DNA of 58,704 nt, taken from a virus. Each line of letters begins with the position of its first letter. Position 1 is the first letter of the stretch. Below, in pieces: positions 15,246 to 22,853 of this stretch. The stretch lies in IMG/VR virus record IMGVR_UViG_3300035494_000106, positions 1-58,704 of that record; one strand, written 5' to 3'. The position numbers were made by a program, and so were the translations under genes. The notes under the pieces were generated by a model. That model was given only the letters and a program-made list of their open reading frames with translations. It did not search any database and had not been told where the DNA came from.

Positions 15246-16400
15246 ATGAGCAAGATTGCAGACGAGCTACACGCAGCATCCCGACCCCTGTTTGAGGCGA
15301 TCGCCGCCATCATCGAGGGCAAGAGTACGTCGGCACCCCAGCCGCAGCCGGACCCCCAGCCAGAGCCGCGCAAGCGGGGCGTCATGGGGCTGAACCTGGG
15401 TATGGGGGCTGGAGCCGAAGGGTTCCTGCCTGGCACGCAGGGGCAGCATTACATGCTGCCGGTGGAGTCGGAGATCAAGCGGGCCGTCGAGCAGTACGGC
15501 GTGAAGCGGTTCAGGATCGGTGGGCTGTGGGAGCGGTGCATCAAGCCCGGCGGCAAGTCGGAGGTGTACCTAGGGCACGATCCGCAGGGCAAGCCGTACA
15601 CCCTGACGCAGGCGCTGCAGGTGGGGCGCTGGTGCAAGAAGTATGGGGCCACGATCCTCTGGGACTTAATGCACAACTACGGCGGCTACAGCAGCACCGG
15701 CAGTGGGGCGCAGCGCAAGAAGGTAGGTGCCACTGGCGGACCAAGCACCAAGCTGTTCGCCAAAGACTGGGCGGCCATCATCAAGGTGCTGCGCTCCGAC
15801 CCGGATTGTTGGGAGGCGACGTACGGGATCGACACTATGAACGAGTGGGTAGGCGTCAGCCACGCCACCGTGTTCGACGCGGCGCAGCAGTTCCTCGACG
15901 AGTGCGCCCCGCTGCTGGACAAGAAGATGGCGGTGTTCGAGGGTGCGGACTGGTCCAGCACAATCAACTGGGTCAAGAACAATCCCGACTACCACAAGCT
16001 GAAAGACCCGCGCGGTCCTGGGCTGGTCGAGTTCTCCGGCCACCTGTACCTCGACCAGAACGCCGGCGGTGGGTATGACACCGGCGACACGATCAGCGCG
16101 CAGGAGATGGCGGCGGGCGCGACGTTCGAGAACATCGGCGTCAAGCGGGCCGAGTCGTTCTTCAACTGGTTGGAGAAGAACGGGGTGAAGGGCAGCATCG
16201 GCGAGACGATTGTGCCTGGCGATTTCCCCGGGCTGTTGAAGGGCATGGACAACCTGATCCGCGAGGCGCTGGACCGCGGAGTCGACGTCTACGTGTTCGG
16301 GATGGGCGACTGGTTCGGCAAGACCGCGCACCACAACGTCGAGAGCGCACGCAACAAGAACATGCTGGAGCTGGTTAAGACCCACGCGAAGGCGAGTTGA
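15246..16400 (+). CDS. Glycoside hydrolase family 5-like (clan GH-A TIM barrel) enzyme
   Basis: The ordered signature fits GH5: LWDLMHNY, TMNEW (acid/base NE), GHLYLD (HxY), SIGETIV (nucleophile GE), GDWFG. Has an N-terminal PQPQPDPQPEP linker and no obvious signal peptide. Confidence 0.75.
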   Translation: MSKIADELHAASRPLFEAIAAIIEGKSTSAPQPQPDPQPEPRKRGVMGLNLGMGAGAEGFLPGTQGQHYMLPVESEIKRAVEQYGVKRFRIGGLWERCIKPGGKSEVYLGHDPQGKPYTLTQALQVGRWCKKYGATILWDLMHNYGGYSSTGSGAQRKKVGATGGPSTKLFAKDWAAIIKVLRSDPDCWEATYGIDTMNEWVGVSHATVFDAAQQFLDECAPLLDKKMAVFEGADWSSTINWVKNNPDYHKLKDPRGPGLVEFSGHLYLDQNAGGGYDTGDTISAQEMAAGATFENIGVKRAESFFNWLEKNGVKGSIGETIVPGDFPGLLKGMDNLIREALDRGVDVYVFGMGDWFGKTAHHNVESARNKNMLELVKTHAKAS

Positions 16401-16441
16401 CAACCAACCGCCCGTCCAGGCGACGGGCACTCGGGGGCTAC

Positions 16442-18589
16442 ATGCTGACACCCATAACGATTGACTTCGAGACCTACTACTCGAGCAAGGCCAACGGCGA
16501 ATACTCACTGACGTGGATGACGGCCGAGGAGTACGTTCGTGACAAGCGGTTCCAGATCATCGGCTTCTCCCTGAAATACGGCGACGCCCCCAGCCAGTGG
16601 TTCTCTGGCGACGAAGCCTACATGCTCGGCATCATCCGCAGTATCGACTGGTCGAGGGCCATGGCGATCGGGCACAACATGTCTGAGTTCGACAGCCTGA
16701 TCCTGACGGAAATCTGCGGAGTACGGCCGCGTGCCTACGGCTGCACGCTGCAGATGGCACGCGCGCTGCACGCCGGCAAGCAGGCCAAGAGCCTGGAGAA
16801 ACTGTGCGAACTGTACCGCCTGCCACCCAAGGGCAAGGAGGTGCTCAAGGCGGTGGACAAACGCCGCGAGGACTTCACGCCGTACGAACTGGCTGAGTAC
16901 GGCGCCTACTGCGGCAACTCGGCGTACGCCCGCAACCCTGACGGCACGCCGCGCTGGGGCGACAGCGACCTGACCTGGGAGGTGTTCAAGCTCATGGCGC
17001 CGTTGATCCCGCGCAATGAGTTGCAGTTGGCGCACCTGTCCACCCGGATGTTTGCCGAGCCACGACTCGCCCTGGACCTGCCGCTGCTGCGCACGATGCA
17101 GGCAGACATGGCGGCGCGCAAGGGCGAGCTGCTGTTGAAGGTGGCCGATATCCTGAAGATTCCGCAGATGGCTCCAGCCGAACGGACCCTGGCGGTGCAG
17201 CGGGCGCTGCGCAAGGACGCTGTGCTGGCCGACGTGCTGGTCAATCAGTACGACCTGCAGCCGCCGATGAAGGCCAGCCCGAAGCAGCGCAACCCCGACG
17301 GCTCGCCGAAGATGGTGTATGCGTTCGCCAAGACCGACGAGGGCATGGACGAGCTGCTCAACTTCGAAGACCCCGACGATCCGGTCGGGTCGGAGGAGAT
17401 ACAGGCGCTGGCAGCTGCGCGCCTGGGCGTGAAGTCGACTCTGGCCGAGAGCCGCGTCGCTCGCTTCGTCGGTATCGCCGAGCGCGGCAACCTGCCAGTG
17501 CCCTTGGCATTCGGCAAGACGCACACCAGCCGGCTGGCCGGCGCGCAGAAGATCAACATGCAGAACCTGTCGGGCAGTAAGGGGGTACACGCCCGCACGC
17601 CGATCGGCACTTTGATCTGGACACCTGGCGGAGTGACAAGGCTTCACAAGTTTAACAAGGCTACCAACCAGCTAATGGATATCAACGGTACCATCTACTC
17701 GGCCGACGCATGCCACGTCGCCGGGCTGCGGGACGCGATCGTCGCGCCGCATGGCAAGAAGCTGGTGGTGGCCGACTCGAGTCAGATCGAACTGCGCGTC
17801 TGCCACCTGCTGGCCGGCCAGCTGGATACCGTCGAGGAGCTGCGCGCGGGCATCGACGTGTACTCGTCGTTCGCCTCTACCCTGTACGGCCGGCCGATCA
17901 CCAAGGCCGACAAGAAGGAGCGCCAGCACGGGAAGGTAGGCATGCTGCAGCTGCAGTACCAGGCGGGCGGCAGCTCGTTCCGCAACGCCGCGCGGATCAT
18001 GGGTGGAGTTCGCTTGACCGAGGACGAGGCGTACGGCACAGTGGACACATACCGCAACCGCTTCACCTACGTGCGTCAGTTCTGGGAGAAGTGCCGCCGG
18101 GCAATCGTGAAGATGCACCAGGGCGGCGGTGGCTACATCGACGAGTGGGGGCTTTGCCAGCTGGAGCACAATCGCATTGTGATGCCGGGGCGCATGCCGC
18201 TCGTCTACGAAAACCTCAGGCAGGAGATGCTAGAGGGGTTCGGCAATCGTGGGCCGGAGATGCAGTGGGTCTACGACGACAAAGAAAAGCGGATGATGAA
18301 GAAGATTTACGGGGGCTCCGTGACGGAGAACCTGTGCCAGTGGATCGCGCGGCACGTGGTGTTCGACCAGATGCTGGAGTGCGAGCGCCGCTGGGGCAAC
18401 TACCACCGCGATGGCGTGGGCGTGGTCCTGACCGTGCACGACGAGATCGGTCTGGTGGTGGACGAGGACGACGCCGAAGAATGCCTGGCGTTCTGCCTGG
18501 ACGTAATGAGTCAGCCGCCGGTGTGGTGGCCTCAGCTGCCGGTGAAGGCAGAAGGCGGCATCGGGCAACGATATTCAGAAGCGAAATAA
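16442..18589 (+). CDS. Family A DNA polymerase with an N-terminal 3'-5' exonuclease domain
   Basis: IDFETYY (ExoI); motif A DSSQIELRV; motif B RQHGKVGMLQLQYQAG; motif C VHDEI. A TTG at 16397 is an alternative start. Confidence 0.95.
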   Translation: MLTPITIDFETYYSSKANGEYSLTWMTAEEYVRDKRFQIIGFSLKYGDAPSQWFSGDEAYMLGIIRSIDWSRAMAIGHNMSEFDSLILTEICGVRPRAYGCTLQMARALHAGKQAKSLEKLCELYRLPPKGKEVLKAVDKRREDFTPYELAEYGAYCGNSAYARNPDGTPRWGDSDLTWEVFKLMAPLIPRNELQLAHLSTRMFAEPRLALDLPLLRTMQADMAARKGELLLKVADILKIPQMAPAERTLAVQRALRKDAVLADVLVNQYDLQPPMKASPKQRNPDGSPKMVYAFAKTDEGMDELLNFEDPDDPVGSEEIQALAAARLGVKSTLAESRVARFVGIAERGNLPVPLAFGKTHTSRLAGAQKINMQNLSGSKGVHARTPIGTLIWTPGGVTRLHKFNKATNQLMDINGTIYSADACHVAGLRDAIVAPHGKKLVVADSSQIELRVCHLLAGQLDTVEELRAGIDVYSSFASTLYGRPITKADKKERQHGKVGMLQLQYQAGGSSFRNAARIMGGVRLTEDEAYGTVDTYRNRFTYVRQFWEKCRRAIVKMHQGGGGYIDEWGLCQLEHNRIVMPGRMPLVYENLRQEMLEGFGNRGPEMQWVYDDKEKRMMKKIYGGSVTENLCQWIARHVVFDQMLECERRWGNYHRDGVGVVLTVHDEIGLVVDEDDAEECLAFCLDVMSQPPVWWPQLPVKAEGGIGQRYSEAK

Positions 18590-18601
18590 GCGGGGGTGAT
18601 T

Positions 18602-18769
18602 ATGGTAGTGGACATGAAGAAAGCCCGGCTCCGTGCCGGGCTGATGAAGGCGGCCGACACAGCCACACAGCTGGCCAACTTGGTGAAGTCGCCGGCCGAC
18701 CGGGCGCGGCTCAAGGCCAAGGCCGAGCGCCTGGCCAAGCGTGCAGAGGAGCTGCCGACATGCGGATGA
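18602..18769 (+). CDS. Small basic helical protein (55 aa; below the ORF-track cut-off)
   Basis: GGGGGTG RBS before ATG 18602 and GC-rich third codon positions. Overlaps the next gene start. Confidence 0.5.
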   Translation: MVVDMKKARLRAGLMKAADTATQLANLVKSPADRARLKAKAERLAKRAEELPTCG

Positions 18770-19857
18770 TCATTGCAGGGTCTCGCGGGATCGACAGCTC
18801 GGCTGACTACGTGCGGCTGAAGAACGCGGTGATGAAGTTCCCCATGCCGACGGAGATCATCAGTGGCGGGGCCAAGGGGCCGGACCAGATGGGCGAGCGT
18901 ATCGCCGCCGAGTTCGGCATCCCGGTCAAGCAGTTCATCCCGAAGTGGCAGAACCCCGACGGCTCGACCAACAAGGGCGCCGGCTTCATCCGCAACGGCG
19001 ACATGGCTGTGTACGCCAGCGAGGTGGAAGGTAGCGTGCTGGTGGCGATGTGGGACGGCGTCAGCCGTGGCACGGCGCAGATGATCGAAGTGGCCAAGAA
19101 CTACGGGCTGACCGTCGAGGTGGTTCACCCGATGGCTGGCATCCTCAAGGACGCCACGCCGGCGGAGCCGTATATCTTCCCACAGTCGCACTCGTCGCTG
19201 AGCGTGTTCGAGACCTGCCCGCGCCAGTACGAAGCCAAGTACATCACCCGCGAGGTCAAGTTCCAGCAGGGCGCAGCCGCTGCCTGGGGCGACAAGGTGC
19301 ACCTGGCGCTGGAAGGGTACCTGCTCAGTCAGGGTGCGCAGGCGCTGCCGCCGGAGATGGCACAGTACCAGGGGCTTGGGCAGTGGGTACTCCAGCGGGC
19401 GCAGCAGAACGGCGGCATCATCCACGTGGAGCGCAAGGCCGGGGTCAAGAAGGACCGGACCGCCAGCGCCTACGGCGCCAAGGGGAACTGGTTGCAGGGC
19501 AAGATCGACGTCACGATCGTCTACCCGCACCTTGCCAGCGCCGAGGTATTCGACTGGAAGACCAACGAGAAGATCAAGAACGACGCGACCCAGCTGAAGA
19601 TGTACAACGGGTTCACGCTCGCTGGCTTCCCTGAGGTCGAGGTGGTACGCAGCGGCTACGTGTGGCTCAAGCATGGGCAGATCGCCCCGCCGCTGGCCAC
19701 GTCGCGCGACGGCATCGACGATATCTGGGCCGTGTTCCAGCAGAAGTACGACCGCCTGCGCGACGCGTACATGCGAGGTACGTTCCCAGAGCGGCCGAAC
19801 GGACTGTGCAAGAAGTACTGCGACGTGCTGTCCTGCCCGCACAACGGGAGGAAGTAG
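18760..19857 (+). CDS. Fusion of a SLOG/DUF2493 (YspA-like) domain with a Cas4-like PD-(D/E)XK nuclease
   Basis: N-terminal MIIAGSRG..ISGGAKGPDQ..WDGVSRGT. C-terminal FETCPRQY, IDV...FDWKT, QLKMY and CKKYCDVLSCP (4-Cys cluster). Only the part from 18760 onward is taken from ORF 17710-19857. Confidence 0.85.
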   Translation: MRMIIAGSRGIDSSADYVRLKNAVMKFPMPTEIISGGAKGPDQMGERIAAEFGIPVKQFIPKWQNPDGSTNKGAGFIRNGDMAVYASEVEGSVLVAMWDGVSRGTAQMIEVAKNYGLTVEVVHPMAGILKDATPAEPYIFPQSHSSLSVFETCPRQYEAKYITREVKFQQGAAAAWGDKVHLALEGYLLSQGAQALPPEMAQYQGLGQWVLQRAQQNGGIIHVERKAGVKKDRTASAYGAKGNWLQGKIDVTIVYPHLASAEVFDWKTNEKIKNDATQLKMYNGFTLAGFPEVEVVRSGYVWLKHGQIAPPLATSRDGIDDIWAVFQQKYDRLRDAYMRGTFPERPNGLCKKYCDVLSCPHNGRK

Positions 19858-19859
19858 CC

Positions 19860-20099
19860 ATGGCGTCCGCACCGAGGGGGTGGACGGAGGAGCAGGCCAG
19901 GGCAGCGGTGCAGTTGGGGTTCACGTTCCCATTCGGCAGTCAAGCTAGGAGCGGGTTCGGCAACGCAGTGGCGGTACGTGGGAGGCACCGGGTGTACCCA
20001 CGGCTGGACCTGACTGTCGGCGGCCAGACGATGTTCGAGCCGTACACCGCAGGCCCGAATAGAAACGACGGGTGGGCGAAGCGTGGGTGCCCGAGGTGA
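19860..20099 (+). CDS. Small paralogue-family protein; the C-terminal motif is displaced into the -1 frame
   Basis: GGGAGGAAG RBS. N-terminal APRGWTEEQ. The family motif VTFPTPEAAVVWADIEG is encoded at 20096-20146 in another frame. Confidence 0.55.
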   Translation: MASAPRGWTEEQARAAVQLGFTFPFGSQARSGFGNAVAVRGRHRVYPRLDLTVGGQTMFEPYTAGPNRNDGWAKRGCPR

Positions 20100-20153
20100 C
20101 GTTCCCTACGCCGGAGGCCGCCGTGGTCTGGGCAGACATAGAGGGGTGGGGCA

Positions 20154-20582
20154 GTGGCACAAACTCCTGAGGGTAAGGTAAAGGACAAGGCCCGTGCGCT
20201 GTACAAGCAGCACGGTGCCAAGTACGACCGGGCCGCCATGACGGGGATGGGGCAGAACGGGCGGGCAGACGATCTGGTCTGCCGCAGCCCGGACGGCCAC
20301 TTCGGCGGCGTGGAGTTCAAGCGCGACAACGTGTTCAAGGTCAGTGCCCTGCAGCGCGTATGGCTGCAGGAGACGGAGCGCTGCGGCGGCAGCAGTATGG
20401 TGGTGAACCTCACCAACCTGACAATGCTCGAGCAGTGGCTCAAGGCGCCAGGCTGGCGGGTCAACGCGGTGTTCGAGAAGGACACTTGCGTCGGCCACGT
20501 GGCCAGAGCCACCGGGCACGAGGACGTGTTCATTAAAAACCCCGACGCGAAGTCGGGGAAAGACAGAGCATCACGGGCGTAG
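20154..20582 (+). CDS. VRR-NUC domain nuclease
   Basis: GRADDLVCRSPDGHFGGVEFKR fits the PD-(D/E)xK core of VRR-NUC. GTG start after GAGGGG. Confidence 0.8.
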   Translation: MAQTPEGKVKDKARALYKQHGAKYDRAAMTGMGQNGRADDLVCRSPDGHFGGVEFKRDNVFKVSALQRVWLQETERCGGSSMVVNLTNLTMLEQWLKAPGWRVNAVFEKDTCVGHVARATGHEDVFIKNPDAKSGKDRASRA

Positions 20583-20615
20583 GCCCGCCCATAAACTACA
20601 ACTGATTGGTGAGAC

Positions 20616-22187
20616 ATGCTAGTCCACAAGGAATCGAACAGTCTCATACTGAAGCTGCGCGACCCGTCGAGGGTCACAACCCACCTTCCCTACGCGAGGG
20701 TGGTACCGCTGGCAGGCGTCGGCGACGTCACCCAGGTGCGCTTCGGCCTGGACGAAGCGAGGGTGCTGCGCAACCTCGGGATCAACGCGCCGTCACCCAT
20801 TCGCTACTTCTACCAGTACCCGATGCGGTCGCCGCTGCGGCCGTTCGACCATCAGGTGACCACCGCCGAGTTCCTGACGCTGAACCGCCGGGCGATCTGC
20901 CTGAACGACATGGGCACTGGCAAGACGCTGTCCACGCTGTGGGCGGCCGACTACCTGATGGAGCACAAGCAGGTGCGCCGCGCGATCGTGGTGTGCCCGA
21001 AGTCGACCATGCACTCGGTGTGGGAGAACGAGGTGTTCACCCACCTGCTGGCCAAGCGTAAGGTGCTGGTGCTCAACGGCGACCGCGGCAAGCGCCTGCG
21101 CACCCTGGCCCAGCCGGCGGATATCTACGTGATCAACCACGACGGCCTCAAGGTCGTCGAGCACGAGCTGCGCAAGCGGGACGACATTGACCTGTGGATC
21201 GTCGACGAGGCCAGCGCCTTCCGCAACGCACAGAGCAAGCGACACAAGCTGCTGGCCGACCTGATCCGTCCGACCTGCACACTGTGGCTGCTGACCGGCA
21301 CACCGTGTCCGCAGGAACCGACTGACGCGTGGGGGCTGGCCAAGCTGCTGCACGGCAACGCCGTACGCCCGCAGTACTTCCGGCAGTTCAAGGAGCAGAC
21401 CATGCTCCAGATCACCCAGTACAAGTGGGTGCCCAAGCCCGACGCGTTCGAGCAGGCGTACGCCATCCTGCAGCCTGGTATCCGGTTCAAGAAGGAGGAC
21501 TGCCTGGACCTGCCGGACGTCACGTTCCAGACCCTGACGTGCCAGCTGTCGCCGGATCAGCAGGCGGCGTACAAGACCATGATCACCACGCTGGTGGCGA
21601 ACATCAAGGGCGTGGATATCACTGCGGCCAACGCGGCGGTGAAGATGGTCAAGCTGCTGCAGGTGTGCGTCGGCGCGGTGTACGACGAGTTCGGGCAAGG
21701 GTACGAGATCGACAGCTCCGACCGCCTCAAGGTGTGCGAGGAGCTGTGCGAGCAGGCGGCTCACAAGGTCATCATCTTCGTGCCGTTCACCCATGCGCTC
21801 AATCAGGTGGCTGCCCACCTGCGCAAGCGGTGGACGGTCGAGACGGTGGACGGTAGTACCTCCGACACGCGGCGCAAGGAAATCTTCAACGACTTCCAGA
21901 ACTCGCCCAACCCCAGGATTCTGGTGGCGCACCCGCAGACCACGGCCCACGGCCTGACGCTGACGGCGGCGGACACCACGATCTGGTACGCCCCGGTGAC
22001 CAGCCTCGAGATATTCGAGCAGGCGAACAACCGCATGAACCGTCCGGGCCAGAAGAACAAGATGACCGTGGCGATGATCGCCGCGACCACCCTGGAGCAG
22101 AACCTGTACCAGGCGCTGAAGACCAAGCAGGCCGACCAGAACGCAGTGCTGTCGATGTTCAAGTCGGAACTGGGATTGGATACTTGA
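20616..22187 (+). CDS. SNF2-family helicase/ATPase
   Basis: Motif I DMGTGKT, motif II VDEASAF, HPQTTAHGLTLT and QANNRMNRPGQ. Confidence 0.9.
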   Translation: MLVHKESNSLILKLRDPSRVTTHLPYARVVPLAGVGDVTQVRFGLDEARVLRNLGINAPSPIRYFYQYPMRSPLRPFDHQVTTAEFLTLNRRAICLNDMGTGKTLSTLWAADYLMEHKQVRRAIVVCPKSTMHSVWENEVFTHLLAKRKVLVLNGDRGKRLRTLAQPADIYVINHDGLKVVEHELRKRDDIDLWIVDEASAFRNAQSKRHKLLADLIRPTCTLWLLTGTPCPQEPTDAWGLAKLLHGNAVRPQYFRQFKEQTMLQITQYKWVPKPDAFEQAYAILQPGIRFKKEDCLDLPDVTFQTLTCQLSPDQQAAYKTMITTLVANIKGVDITAANAAVKMVKLLQVCVGAVYDEFGQGYEIDSSDRLKVCEELCEQAAHKVIIFVPFTHALNQVAAHLRKRWTVETVDGSTSDTRRKEIFNDFQNSPNPRILVAHPQTTAHGLTLTAADTTIWYAPVTSLEIFEQANNRMNRPGQKNKMTVAMIAATTLEQNLYQALKTKQADQNAVLSMFKSELGLDT

Positions 22188-22211
22188 CACGGATTGTATA
22201 AGGTGTAAACT
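22184..22211 (+). promoter_or_regulatory. sigma70-like promoter candidate, TTGACA-N16-TAAACT
   Basis: Consensus -35 at 22184-22189 (overlaps the SNF2 stop) and TGTAAACT at 22204-22211. Lies 30 nt upstream of ATG 22242. Confidence 0.6.
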
Positions 22212-22241
22212 GACAGCACACCAACCCAACGAGGTGACGAC

Positions 22242-22838
22242 ATGCAACAGAATGATCCGGTCCATCAGGACCAAGGCCAGTGGTGGTTCTACGACTGCAC
22301 ATGGACCGGGCGCTTCGGCCCCTATCCCGACGAGGCTACCGCTCGCGGGAACCTCCAGCAGTACGCCGCCTGGCTGGAAACCCAGAAGGTCGAGTCGGCT
22401 CAGCCGGCTGCAGAACAACCCGCTGAGCAGCAAGAGAAGGCTACCGAGGAGCCCAGCGAGGTCGCCGCAGCAGCCCAGCGCTACGCCGAACTGCGCGACC
22501 TCAAGGCCGAGATCACCGCCCGCCACAAGGAAGAACTGGCGGTGGTAGAGAAGGAACTGGCAATGGTGGACGCCGCATTGCTGGGTCACTTGAGCAACAT
22601 GGGGGTCGATTCCGTGAAGGCCGGTAACCTGACCGTGTTCTTCCAGACCGAGCTCCGCGCCGGCATCGGCGACAAGGGCGCACTGATGGACTTCATCCGC
22701 CAGAGCGGCCAGCCCGAGCTCCTCCAGAGCCGGGTCAGCAGCACCGTACTCCGTGAGTACATGGAGAAGAACGGTGGCCACACCCCGCCAGGTGTGACCG
22801 CCCAATTCGAACGTGTCATTCGTGTTCGCAAAAACTGA
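22242..22838 (+). CDS. Hypothetical protein with a central coiled coil (possibly Gp157-like)
   Basis: Own promoter candidate upstream. The family guess rests on position next to the SSB/nuclease genes and is weak. Confidence 0.7.
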   Translation: MQQNDPVHQDQGQWWFYDCTWTGRFGPYPDEATARGNLQQYAAWLETQKVESAQPAAEQPAEQQEKATEEPSEVAAAAQRYAELRDLKAEITARHKEELAVVEKELAMVDAALLGHLSNMGVDSVKAGNLTVFFQTELRAGIGDKGALMDFIRQSGQPELLQSRVSSTVLREYMEKNGGHTPPGVTAQFERVIRVRKN

Positions 22839-22853
22839 CGTAGGAGCTCCAAC

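Noticed and set aside
17710-18759. N-terminal 350 codons of ORF-track entry 17710-19857 (715 aa)
   Set aside because: This part overlaps the DNA polymerase gene in another frame and is Arg/Gly-rich. The recognisable SLOG domain starts at the ATG at 18760, right after the polymerase and the small 18602 ORF.
20681-20705. Partial palindrome ccaccTTCCCTACGCGAGGGtgg as a tenth box
   Set aside because: The centre is 5 nt rather than 3, the right arm lacks TAGGGA, and it lies inside the SNF2 coding sequence. It was treated as a chance half-site.
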